Both the position numbers and the translations under genes were made by a program. This document shows positions 9,620 to 18,253 of a DNA stretch of 43,588 nucleotides, piece after piece; the stretch's first letter is position 1; every line of letters starts with the position of its first letter. This stretch comes from Phycisphaerae bacterium (GTDB taxonomy: Bacteria > Planctomycetota > Phycisphaerae > UBA1845 > Fen-1342), in contig JAGPEO010000001.1 in the NCBI GenBank assembly GCA_018056925.1, positions 1-43,588 on the forward strand. The letters are read 5' to 3'. The notes beneath the pieces were generated by a model. That model had not been told where the DNA came from. It saw only the letters and a program-made list of their open reading frames with translations, and did no database searches.

Positions 9620-10492
9620 TTACCACTTCCGCCGCAGCTTCGCCTCGCCAAATGACTTCGTTATGCGGCGACGCAGAATCCGGCGATTCGAACGCGCCCG
9701 CGGACTGCGCGTCCGCCCGCCCTTGGCCAGCTTGCCCCAGGGCGAACAGGGATGCCGCCCGCCGTTGCTGCGCCCCTCGCCCCCGCCCAGCGGGTGCGCC
9801 ACGGGGTTCATGGCCTTGCCACGCACGTGCGGCCGCCAGCCCATGTATCGCGAACGCCCCGCCTTGCCCAGGCGAACGTTCTGGTGGTCCAGGTTGCCGA
9901 GCTGGCCGATGGTCGCCCGGCATTCGACGCGCACCTGCCGCATTTCGCCCGACGGCAGTTGCAGCACCGCCCAATTGCCCTCGCGGGCCATCAGCCGCGC
10001 CGCGCCGCCGGCCGTGCGGACCAGCTTGCCGCCCTGGCCGGGGTTCATCTCAATATTGTGAATGTCCATGCCGATGGGAATGGACGCCAACGGCATGCAG
10101 TTGCCTACCTGCGGTTCGACCTTCACCCCGCTCTCAATGGTGTCGCCCGCTTTCAGACCCAGCGGCGCCAGGATGTAGCGCTTCTCGCCGGTCTGGTACT
10201 CGACCAGGCCAATGTGGCAGGAGCGATTCGGGTCATACTGAATTTCCAGCACCTTGGCCGGCACGTTATCCAGATTACGGCGGAAGTCGATGATCCGGTA
10301 CATCCGCTTGTGCCCGCCGCCGCGATGCCGAGCGGTGATGACCCCGTGATGATTCCGCCCACCACGCTTTTGGAGCGGCTCAAGCAGCCTCTTGGCGGGC
10401 CGGTTCTGCAGCCGGTGCGTCACTTCCTCGTAAGTATTCACGCTCGAGTTGCGCCGCCCGGCGGATGTTCGTTTGTATGTCTTGACGCCCAT
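9620..10492 (-). CDS. rplB: 50S ribosomal protein L2
   Basis: [33 protein letters not shown]. Confidence 0.96.
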   Translation of the reverse strand: MGVKTYKRTSAGRRNSSVNTYEEVTHRLQNRPAKRLLEPLQKRGGRNHHGVITARHRGGGHKRMYRIIDFRRNLDNVPAKVLEIQYDPNRSCHIGLVEYQTGEKRYILAPLGLKAGDTIESGVKVEPQVGNCMPLASIPIGMDIHNIEMNPGQGGKLVRTAGGAARLMAREGNWAVLQLPSGEMRQVRVECRATIGQLGNLDHQNVRLGKAGRSRYMGWRPHVRGKAMNPVAHPLGGGEGRSNGGRHPCSPWGKLAKGGRTRSPRARSNRRILRRRITKSFGEAKLRRKW

Positions 10493-10517
10493 AACCTACC
10501 TCGTTTCCGGGCTCCGC

Positions 10518-10811
10518 CTAGAACAAATCAATGTGGCTGTCTTGATCCAGCGTAACGACGGCCTTCTTGATCTGGCGCGTCCGGCCGGTCTTGTAACGAA
10601 ACCGCCGCAACTTCCCGGGCCGATTGGAAGTCCGCACGTCCAAAACGCGAACGCCGTAGATTTTTTCCACGGCATTCTTGATTTGCAGCTTATTGGCCTC
10701 GGGATGGACTTCGAAGCTATACGTGCCGCCGCGGCCCGCGCTCGACTGGCGCGATTGGTACGAGCTCTTCTCCGTAACGAGCGGCCTGATGATCGTATGG
10801 TAAATATCCAT
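10518..10811 (-). CDS. rplW: 50S ribosomal protein L23
   Basis: IIRPLVTEKS....FEVHPEANKLQIKNAVEKIYGVRV. Confidence 0.93.
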   Translation of the reverse strand: MDIYHTIIRPLVTEKSSYQSRQSSAGRGGTYSFEVHPEANKLQIKNAVEKIYGVRVLDVRTSNRPGKLRRFRYKTGRTRQIKKAVVTLDQDSHIDLF

Positions 10812-10813
10812 GC

Positions 10814-11458
10814 CTATTCGCTCGCTTTCTGGGCCCCGCCCACGCTAGCGCGGAAACTGGCGAAGGCATCCCGCGTGAAGATCAGCTTCCGCCGGGCCAG
10901 AATGTCATACGCGTTCAATTCCGCCACCGGGCGAATCTCGGTCCGCGGGATGTTGCGGCCGCTCTTGTAAAGCGTCTCGTTGGGCTCCGCCATCGCAAAG
11001 AGGCAGCCGTTGTCCGCGTCGACTTTCTTCAGAAACGTGGCGAAACGCGAAGTCTTGGGCACGTCGAAGCGCAGCCCGTCCACGATCAGCGCTTCGTTGC
11101 TGTTAATCTTGGCCAGCACCGCCTGGTTCCGGGCCAGCCGGCGCATTTTCTTGGGCAGCGCCTGGCGGAAGTCGCGCACCCGCTTGGCGAAGGCCATGCC
11201 GCCGCCGCGTCGCTGCGGAGTTCGGGCGTTACCCATCCGGGCCCGCCCGGTGCCCTTCTGGCGATAGAGCTTCTTGGTAGAGCCGACGACGTCGGAGCGG
11301 CTCTTGGTCACGGCGTGCCCCTGCCGCCGGTTCGCATGATAGGCCACAACCACCTGCTTCAGCAACGACGCGTTGACCTCGTTGCCAAGCAGCCCCTCGT
11401 CAATCTGTTCGGCGCCGATCTTCGCGCCGGTTTCGTCATATACGGGTACGCTTAGCAT
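10814..11458 (-). CDS. rplD: 50S ribosomal protein L4
   Basis: YRQKGTGRARMGNARTPQRRGGG motif and position. Confidence 0.94.
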   Translation of the reverse strand: MLSVPVYDETGAKIGAEQIDEGLLGNEVNASLLKQVVVAYHANRRQGHAVTKSRSDVVGSTKKLYRQKGTGRARMGNARTPQRRGGGMAFAKRVRDFRQALPKKMRRLARNQAVLAKINSNEALIVDGLRFDVPKTSRFATFLKKVDADNGCLFAMAEPNETLYKSGRNIPRTEIRPVAELNAYDILARRKLIFTRDAFASFRASVGGAQKASE

Positions 11459-11471
11459 GGCCCTTACTCCG

Positions 11472-12128
11472 CTACTCCCGGGTCTTCGCCTTCCGCACGA
11501 TCACATAGCTGCCCTTGGCGCCCGGAATCGCCCCGCGGATGACCAGTAGATTGTGCTCCGCGTCGATGCTCACCAGCGGCTGGTTGCGGATCGTCCGCCG
11601 CTCGTTGCCGGTGTGGCCGGCCATCCGCTTGCCTTTCTTGACCGCCCCGCTGTGGCCGCGCGTCGCCCCCCGGCCGCCGATGCTGCCCGGAGAACGGTGT
11701 TTGCGCTCGGTGCCGTGCGAGGCCGGCTGCCCGCCGAAACCCCAGCGCCTCATCCCGCCCTGAAAGCCCTTGCCCTTGGTGGTCCCGATCACATCGACGT
11801 ATTTGACGCCGCTCTGCTCGAACAGCTCCACCGTAACCGTCTCGCCGATCTGCTTGTCGGGCGGCTCAGCCAGCCGGATCTCGCGCACAAACCGCTTCGG
11901 CGCCGTCTGGGCCTTGCGGGCGTGGCCGATCTCGGGCATGGTCGAGCGGTGCGGCTTTACGTCGTCGAAGCCCAGTTGGACGCTGTTGTAGCCGTCCTTG
12001 CCGTCGGCCTGCTTGGTTTGCAGGACGACGCACGGGCCGGCCTGGACGATCGTCACCGGGACGCGCTCGCCCGATGGATCGAACACCTGCGTCATTCCGA
12101 TTTTCTTGCCAAGTATCGCCGGGACCAT
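11472..12128 (-). CDS. rplC: 50S ribosomal protein L3
   Basis: ILGKKIGMTQVF, TKGKGFQGGMRRWGF. Confidence 0.95.
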   Translation of the reverse strand: MVPAILGKKIGMTQVFDPSGERVPVTIVQAGPCVVLQTKQADGKDGYNSVQLGFDDVKPHRSTMPEIGHARKAQTAPKRFVREIRLAEPPDKQIGETVTVELFEQSGVKYVDVIGTTKGKGFQGGMRRWGFGGQPASHGTERKHRSPGSIGGRGATRGHSGAVKKGKRMAGHTGNERRTIRNQPLVSIDAEHNLLVIRGAIPGAKGSYVIVRKAKTRE

Positions 12129-12245
12129 CCCGCGGCACTCCTGTCAGCACGCCGCCCGCCGCGTAGGTCGGGTCTGCCGACCCGACTCCCCCCGGTTACC
12201 GCGGCGAGGCCGCGCACAAAAAACGTTAGTCGGCAGCCGCGCCGA

Positions 12246-12554
12246 CTATGCCTTGATCTTCACGAAAACACCCGCGGGCACCACCAGCCGGTTCAGGGCC
12301 TCCACGGTCCTGGCGGTTGGCTCGAAGATATCGATGACCCGCTTATGAGTGCGCATCTCAAATTGTTCACGCGATTTCTTGTCAATGTGGGGGGACCGCA
12401 GGACGGTGTACCGTTCAATACGTGTTGGCAGCGGCACGGGGCCGCGCACGCGGGCCGCCGTCCGCTTGGCCTGGTCCACGATCTCCTGGGCTGAAGAATC
12501 CAGCGCCCGGTGATCATAGGCCTCCATTCGAATACGAATCCGCTCACCTGCCAT
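12246..12554 (-). CDS. rpsJ: 30S ribosomal protein S10
   Basis: [15 protein letters not shown]...GPVPLPT....[17 protein letters not shown]. Confidence 0.95.
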   Translation of the reverse strand: MAGERIRIRMEAYDHRALDSSAQEIVDQAKRTAARVRGPVPLPTRIERYTVLRSPHIDKKSREQFEMRTHKRVIDIFEPTARTVEALNRLVVPAGVFVKIKA

Positions 12555-12622
12555 CGGCGTTCTACCGTCCGTTCAACATCGTAACCTGTCTGGGTTCCCG
12601 ACCACATAAGTCGAGTCGTGCC

Positions 12623-12650
12623 AGAATACCGCCCGTAACGATTACGTCAA
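12623..12650 (-). promoter_or_regulatory. Candidate sigma-70-type promoter of the S10 cluster
   Basis: On the minus strand, TTGACG (12650-12645), a 16-nt spacer, then TATTCT (12628-12623). This lies about 70 nt upstream of the rpsJ ATG. Confidence 0.4.
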
Positions 12651-12756
12651 GCCCAAAGAACGGAAATTGCACGCGGCGAGCGCCGCCGGAGCATAATCGC
12701 GGAGCGGAGCGGGCATATCGCGGAGTCGAGCCGGCGGAAAAGCGGGGCGCACCCGA

Positions 12757-12781
12757 GCAGAGCCGGGGCGTGTCGCCCCGG
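12757..12781 (-). repeat. REP-like palindromic element, inverted orientation
   Basis: The plus strand reads GCAGAGCCGGGGCGtgtCGCCCCGG. This is the reverse complement of the family core GGGGCG-N3-CGCCCCGGCTCTGC. Confidence 0.8.
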
Positions 12782-12908
12782 ACTGATGGAGCCGGACATC
12801 GAGGGCGATCTAGGGATCAAGTGATCGAGAGGTCTGGCGGCTTTTCCGCGTTTTGCTGACATCCCCCCAATTTCGGAGCCCAAGGCGCGTTCGGGCACAC
12901 CGTACAAA

Positions 12909-12935
12909 CCGGGGGCGGCACGCCCCGGCTCTGTT
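12909..12935 (+). repeat. REP-like palindromic element
   Basis: CCGGGGGCGgcaCGCCCCGGCTCTGTT. It forms an inverted pair with the copy at 12757. Confidence 0.8.
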
Positions 12936-12964
12936 ACTTTGCGCAGCAGCTCGCCGCCTTGGGT

Positions 12965-13840
12965 TTACTGGGCACTCGCGGCGATTACCGCCACGTAGCG
13001 TAGCCGCGCGACGTTGACCAGCGGCTCCGCCTCGATGTCGTAGTGCAGCGCCGATTGCGCCGACTGTTTGGAACTCTTTATCTTGCCTACACTTAGCGTC
13101 GCCGGCAGTCCGGGCCGGGCCGGAAGCGCCAGATACGTGAACCCCAGCTTGCTCAAATCCGCATCTGCTTGGCTGATCATCATGCCCCGCCGCCCAGCGC
13201 CGGTAATCACGTAAGGCCGCGGTTCCGGCTGCATGGTCCCGTCGGCCAGCACTTTTACCGGCACCACCTGTTCGCGGAATTTGGGGTCCGTAGTCAGCTC
13301 CACCCGGCTGACGTGCGTCTCAACGTCGACGATGCGGCCAATGATGCAGCGCTGCAGCAAAAACTCCGCCCCGCTTTCCCATCCCTCAAACCCCTCCCCC
13401 GCCGCCACCCACTGGCCCACGGCGAGATTGCTGTCCGCGCCGCGGCCGATCAGCGCTGTCTCGCGCCACGGTGAGACATCGAACCCCAGGACCGGCGCGA
13501 TCACCAGGTCCACGTTGTCCGACCACATCTGCCCGCGCAGCCCACACACCGCGTCGTAACGCCGCTCCAAATCCTCCCGCCATAGCCGCTCCTGCCCCAG
13601 CGCCAGGCGGAGTTGCTCGTTCTCTCGCTCCAGCCGCGCCACACGCTCAGATTGCCGCGCTTCCGCCGCCCCCTCACAGGCACGCTGCGCCGGCCGCAGC
13701 ACGGCCCATTGCGGCAGGGCCAATATCTGGAAGGGGCTGCGCAGCCAGCGCGTCCACGTGGGCGGCAGTAGGGCCAGCACCGCGGCCGCCAGCAGCAGCA
13801 GGGTGAATGCGCGAGCACGCGTCAGCCGGATGGGCCTCAC
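12965..13840 (-). CDS. mreC: Rod shape-determining protein MreC
   Basis: N-terminal TM anchor, a coiled-coil segment (ERENEQLRLALGQERLW), and a C-terminal beta-rich domain. Lies immediately downstream of mreB. Confidence 0.8.
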   Translation of the reverse strand: MRPIRLTRARAFTLLLLAAAVLALLPPTWTRWLRSPFQILALPQWAVLRPAQRACEGAAEARQSERVARLERENEQLRLALGQERLWREDLERRYDAVCGLRGQMWSDNVDLVIAPVLGFDVSPWRETALIGRGADSNLAVGQWVAAGEGFEGWESGAEFLLQRCIIGRIVDVETHVSRVELTTDPKFREQVVPVKVLADGTMQPEPRPYVITGAGRRGMMISQADADLSKLGFTYLALPARPGLPATLSVGKIKSSKQSAQSALHYDIEAEPLVNVARLRYVAVIAASAQ

Positions 13841-13985
13841 TTCGGTCCCCCGTTGTGTTGCCAGCGTGTTTTGAGGTCAGTCCGTTCCCCCACAGATGTT
13901 CTATCGCAAGCGCCCCCGCGTAACCGCACAAAACGCCGGCGGGGCGCCCGTGCCACACTCGCCGACCCGGGAACAGTGGGCCGCG

Positions 13986-15038
13986 TCAATACTCGTCCTC
14001 GTCCGATTCGAATGTGCCGCCCCACGTGTCCAGGTTATCTAGAAACTCGCTCGTGCCGCGCGCCACGCACGTCAGTGGATCGTCCGCCACGCGCACGTCC
14101 AGCCCCGAGGCCTTAGCCAGCACCTGGTCCAGCCCACGCAGGAGCGACCCGCCGCCCGCCAGGTGAATGCCGTTATCCACCAGGTCCGCGGCCAACTCCG
14201 GCTCCAGCTTTTCCAGCGTCCGCAAAACCGCCTCGATGATCTGGCCGACCGGCTCCTTGAGCGCCTCGCGCACTTCCTCGCTGGTGATCACCGCCCGCCG
14301 CGGCAGCCCGCTGATCATGTCGCGGCCTTTGACCTCCATCTTCATCTCTTCGCTCAGCGGGGCCACCGACCCGATCTGAATCTTGATGCGCTCGGCGGTC
14401 TGCAGGCCGATCATCAGGTTGTAGTTGCGCTTCATGTAATTGATGATGGCCGCGTCCGCCTCATCCCCCGCTACCCGCAACGAGTGGCACTCGGCGATGT
14501 CCGACAGGCTCATCACCGCGACTTCCGTCGTGCCGCCGCCGATGTCCACGATCATGGACGCCGTCGGCTCGTGGATCGGCAGGCCCGCCCCCAGCCCGGC
14601 CGCCATCGGCTCCTCCACGAGGTAAACGCGGCGCGCTCCGGCCCGCTCGGCGGAGTTGTAGACCGCCCGCTTCTCGACCGCCGTAATGCCCGAGGGAATT
14701 GCGATCACCACCCGCGGATGGGCCAGGCCGCGATTGCCGTGCACCTTGCGGATGAAATAGCCGAGCATGGCTTCGGTGATGTCGAAGTCGGCGATGACGC
14801 CGTCCTTGAGCGGACGAATGGCCGAGATGCTGCCGGGCGTCTTGCCCAGCATTTCCTTGGCGACCAGGCCGACCGCGTTGCCGTTGTCGAGCACTTGGTT
14901 CGTGCCTTTGCGCACCGCGACCACGGAGGGTTCGTTCAGCACGATGCCCTCGCCGCGCACGCAGACCAGCGTGTTGCACGTCCCCAGGTCGATCCCCATG
15001 TCGATGCTGAACAAGCCCATCACGCGGCGGAGAAACAT
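13986..15038 (-). CDS. mreB: Rod shape-determining actin homolog MreB
   Basis: IDLGTCNTLV, EPSVVA, DIGGGTTEVAV, IHLAGGGSLLRGL. AGGAGGAAT Shine-Dalgarno upstream. Confidence 0.96.
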   Translation of the reverse strand: MFLRRVMGLFSIDMGIDLGTCNTLVCVRGEGIVLNEPSVVAVRKGTNQVLDNGNAVGLVAKEMLGKTPGSISAIRPLKDGVIADFDITEAMLGYFIRKVHGNRGLAHPRVVIAIPSGITAVEKRAVYNSAERAGARRVYLVEEPMAAGLGAGLPIHEPTASMIVDIGGGTTEVAVMSLSDIAECHSLRVAGDEADAAIINYMKRNYNLMIGLQTAERIKIQIGSVAPLSEEMKMEVKGRDMISGLPRRAVITSEEVREALKEPVGQIIEAVLRTLEKLEPELAADLVDNGIHLAGGGSLLRGLDQVLAKASGLDVRVADDPLTCVARGTSEFLDNLDTWGGTFESDEDEY

Positions 15039-15141
15039 GTCAGATTCCTCCTTGAGGCATCAGCCCTTTCCGCCTGCGTGCCTGCGCTGCAAGCGCCCTG
15101 CACATGCCGCCTCCTTGCGGTGCGCCAGCGCCGCGGCCACC

Positions 15142-15312
15142 TTAGCTGCCGGGCGGTGGCAAAACGGTGTCGAACAGGTAGAACACGCGGTAACCAATAT
15201 AAATGGTGGCGGTCAGCGTGAAAAGGAACGAAATCACCATCAACACCGTGTAGATGTCGCTGTCCGCCTTGACGCGGGTCCCGCGAACCGGGCCTGAGCC
15301 TGCCGTCGTCAT
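15142..15312 (-). CDS. Small single-pass membrane protein (56 aa), below the ORF-track cutoff
   Basis: My hand translation: MTTAGSGPVRGTRVKADSDIYTVLMVISFLFTLTATIYIGYRVFYLFDTVLPPPGS. Codon third positions are G/C-rich. The ATG lies 7 nt after the stop of the coiled-coil gene. Confidence 0.5.
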   Translation of the reverse strand: MTTAGSGPVRGTRVKADSDIYTVLMVISFLFTLTATIYIGYRVFYLFDTVLPPPGS

Positions 15313-15318
15313 CTCTCG

Positions 15319-16164
15319 CTAACTCCCGATGTTGTCCAGCCCGTAGCTCACTGAGTCGCCCGGTCGGATTTCCTGCTGGATGCTCTTGAGCTTGCCGCCG
15401 GCCTGGTCCGGCCACACGCGATCAACCACGATGTCTGCCAGGAAGTTCGATCCGCGGTGAACCATGAAGGTCATGCCCTGCGTCACGCCCGAGGCCTGCC
15501 CGACGTTGATGCTGGCATAATTCCCGTCCACGCTGACCACCTGGCCCATGATCGGGCTCGGCAAACTCGGGCTGACCGCCACCACACCGGTCGCACGCTC
15601 GGCCGGGCGTCCGCCCTGCGCCGTGCGGACCGCCTGCTGCTCGGCGGCGTACAGCTTCTCCTGCAGATTGCGAACCTGGTCGGTCAGAATCGTATTGTTG
15701 GACGTAAGTTCGAGCACCCGGCTGTTAAGCCGCGTGTTGCGCGTTTGGAAGTCGATGTTTTGCGCGAGGAGCATTTGATTCTGCTTCTGCAGGGCGGCCA
15801 CCTCCGCGTTCTGCATCCCCAGAATCTCCTGGAGCTTGGCCTGCCCGGCCTGGGCGGCGACGCGGTCGTTCATCTCGCGGGCCAGGCTGGCTTGAAGCTG
15901 CTTGAGTTCGTCAGCCTGCCGGGTCGCCAGATCCTGAGCGGCGGCCAAGTCGCGCGCCTTGGCCTGCAATTGCTGGTCGCGCATGGATAGCGTCGCTTCC
16001 ATGATGGCCTGAAGGTTCATGCGGTGCATAAACTCGGCCGTCTGCCGATCCTGGTAGTCCTGCGCTAGCTGCTTCCAATTGGCCGTCTGCGCCGCTGCGG
16101 CAATGAATAGGCAGGAAAGCGCGATCGACAAAACTGCGGTCAAGACGACAAAAACCTTGGTCAT
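15319..16164 (-). CDS. Membrane-anchored coiled-coil protein, function unknown
   Basis: MTKVFVVLTAVLSIALSCLFIAAAA anchor, about 170 aa of Q/L/A-rich heptad sequence, and a C-terminal beta domain (GQVVSVDGNYASINVG...FMVHRG). The start is uncertain (16164 or 16218). Confidence 0.7.
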   Translation of the reverse strand: MTKVFVVLTAVLSIALSCLFIAAAAQTANWKQLAQDYQDRQTAEFMHRMNLQAIMEATLSMRDQQLQAKARDLAAAQDLATRQADELKQLQASLAREMNDRVAAQAGQAKLQEILGMQNAEVAALQKQNQMLLAQNIDFQTRNTRLNSRVLELTSNNTILTDQVRNLQEKLYAAEQQAVRTAQGGRPAERATGVVAVSPSLPSPIMGQVVSVDGNYASINVGQASGVTQGMTFMVHRGSNFLADIVVDRVWPDQAGGKLKSIQQEIRPGDSVSYGLDNIGS

Positions 16165-16446
16165 TGTGCTCACGAGTGAACTCCTGGAGCTCCCGCGCCG
16201 GCGCATCGGGCATCCCACAGCGGCTCAATCAGGCCCCGACCCGCCGGTTTGGCCGGGATTGTAAGGGGCGTGCGAAACATTGCAAGCTGCATTGTTGAGG
16301 ACCCTAAGTGGTATTGCAACCGGTAGCGCGGCTCGAAGCGGCCAGGACACCGGTTGGGGACGCTCGAAAGGCGCTTTCGGGGCAAGAATTGCGAGCCGAG
16401 CTCCGGGCAGCGCCGGTCGCGCGGGGCCGATAAGCCTTGGCTGCGC

Positions 16447-16941
16447 TCATGTGAGTTCCAAGCGCTCGTTGAGGATTTTCTGCGCGTTTGCCCGGCGGCG
16501 CTCGCGCAGCGCGCTCTGCAACTCCGGGCGCCCGAGCGAGATGATTTGTACCGCCAGCAGCGCCGCATTGACCGCCCCGGCCTTGCCAACGGCCAGCGTT
16601 GCCACCGGAATGCCCGGCGGCATCTGAACCGTGGCCAGCAAGGCATCCAGCCCATGCAGCTCCGATGCCGCCAGCGGCACCCCCAGCACTGGACGGACGC
16701 TTTGAGCCGCCACTGCCCCGGCCAGGTGGGCCGCCATGCCCGCGGCGGCGATAAAAACCTGCGTTCCTCCGGCCTCCGCCTTCTTGACGTACTCGGCCGT
16801 CTCATCCGGGGTACGATGGGCCGACAGAACGCGCGCTTCGTAGGTCAGGCCGAACTCGCGCAACGTCTCGGCCGCCGCCTTCATGATGTCCCAGTCGGTT
16901 TTGCTGCCCATCAGAAGGGCGACTTCCGCACTGCCGGGCAT
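16447..16941 (-). CDS. purE: N5-carboxyaminoimidazole ribonucleotide mutase
   Basis: VALLMGSKTDWDIM, LSAHRTPD, AAGMAAHLAG, GVPL. Start placed at the ATG at 16941; the 13 upstream ORF-track codons lie in a repeat. Confidence 0.93.
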   Translation of the reverse strand: MPGSAEVALLMGSKTDWDIMKAAAETLREFGLTYEARVLSAHRTPDETAEYVKKAEAGGTQVFIAAAGMAAHLAGAVAAQSVRPVLGVPLAASELHGLDALLATVQMPPGIPVATLAVGKAGAVNAALLAVQIISLGRPELQSALRERRRANAQKILNERLELT

Positions 16942-17105
16942 AGGTGTTTCCCGATTCGAGTTCCAAGTTTCGAGTTTCAACTTGGGGCGCCGTCCGCCTT
17001 GATACGGGCTGCAAACGCCCCGGCCGCCCGGTATACTAACCGCGTGACCGTCTTGTAGTAGAGACGCGGATTCGAACTCGAAACCCGAAATTTGAAACCT
17101 GAACC

Positions 17106-18161
17106 TTGAGACTTCCCGTGGAGCGGCCGGAGATTTCGGTAGTAGTGCCCGTTTATCAGGAGGAAGCCAGCCTTCCTACGGTCATCCCGCGCTTTTTGGA
17201 ATCGCTCAAGGCACAGTCGCGGAGTTTCGAGTTAATCGCGGTTAACGATGGCAGCCGCGATCGGAGCGGCGAGATTCTGGATCGCTTCGCGGCCCGCGAG
17301 CCGCGCCTGCGGGTCATCCACTTTGCCCGCAACTACGGGCAGACCGCGGCCCTGATGGCGGGCTTTTGGGCCGCCCGGGCCCCGGTGATCGTGCCGCTGG
17401 ACGGCGACGGGCAGAATGAGCCGGACGAGATCGGGCGCCTGGTGGACGAACTGGAGCGCGGCTACGACGTGGTCAGCGGCTGGCGCAAGGACCGCAAGGA
17501 TTCCTGGCTGCGGACGCGCGTTTCGCGGGCGGCCAACTGGCTGATCGGGCACATCACCGGCGTTCGGCTGCACGACTATGGCTGCACGCTGAAAGCCTAT
17601 CGAGCCGCGATGATTCGCGATGCGCGGCTGTACGGGGAGATGCACCGCTTCATCCCGGTGTTCACCAGCATGCACGGGGCGAGAATCACAGAACTGGTCG
17701 TGCGGCATCATCCGCGCATGGCGGGCGAAACCAAGTACGGGTACGACCGCGTGCTGAAGGTGTTGTTCGACCTGGTTCTGGTGCGCATGCTGCAGCGCTA
17801 TCGCACTAAGCCAATGCACTTTTTCGGCAAGATCACGAAATGGTCGTGGCTGGCGGCGTTGCTGTGCCTGGTGTTTGCGGGCGTGCAGGCGGCGTTATCC
17901 CCCACGCCGTGGCAGGCGTTCTGGGGCAAGGCGCCGGTGGTGGGCGTGATGTTCTTCCTGCTGGGCGGATTTTCGATCATGCTCGGCCTGGTAGCGGAAC
18001 TGGCGATGCGCGCCGCTTACGAATTCAACGCCGGGCGGTACTGGGATGAAGCGCGGCGCGTCAACTTCGAATCGAGCAGCGAGGATTGGGGCGTGCCACG
18101 GAGCATGTCGGCCGACCTCCGCTCAGCCGCTGTTGAAGAAGTTGCGGAAGCAGGTCGGTAA
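17106..18161 (+). CDS. GT2 polyprenol-phosphate glycosyltransferase (ArnC/GtrB/Dpm1-like) with C-terminal TM pair
   Basis: VVVPVYQEE, NDGSRD, DGDGQN (DxD). Two C-terminal TM helices. TTG or GTG start, uncertain. Confidence 0.85.
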   Translation: MRLPVERPEISVVVPVYQEEASLPTVIPRFLESLKAQSRSFELIAVNDGSRDRSGEILDRFAAREPRLRVIHFARNYGQTAALMAGFWAARAPVIVPLDGDGQNEPDEIGRLVDELERGYDVVSGWRKDRKDSWLRTRVSRAANWLIGHITGVRLHDYGCTLKAYRAAMIRDARLYGEMHRFIPVFTSMHGARITELVVRHHPRMAGETKYGYDRVLKVLFDLVLVRMLQRYRTKPMHFFGKITKWSWLAALLCLVFAGVQAALSPTPWQAFWGKAPVVGVMFFLLGGFSIMLGLVAELAMRAAYEFNAGRYWDEARRVNFESSSEDWGVPRSMSADLRSAAVEEVAEAGR

Positions 18162-18253
18162 AACGGACACTTTTCCGTTCGGCGAATGTCCGACTCGGCG
18201 CCTCCGGCCTTGCCGGCCTTGACCCGCGTTCTACGCCGAGACATCCTAGAATT

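Noticed and set aside
9324-9974. 216-aa ORF-track version of the S19 gene with a 126-aa N-terminal extension.
   Set aside because: The extension overlaps the 3-prime part of rplB in another frame and is Arg/Gly/Ala low-complexity. A canonical [10 protein letters not shown] start exists at 9596, 24 nt after the rplB stop.
12647-12907. 86-aa minus-strand ORF in the rpsJ upstream region.
   Set aside because: It is composed largely of REP-like and tandem-repeat sequence, has no ribosome-binding site and no recognisable domain. The region is better explained as promoter, leader and repeats.
17061-17090. GCGGATTCGAACTCG, which resembles the complement of a tRNA T-arm (GGTTCGAAT loop).
   Set aside because: The flanking 5-nt segments are not complementary, so no T-stem can form. 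No acceptor or anticodon arms can be drawn either. It is part of the GAAAC-word leader repeat.
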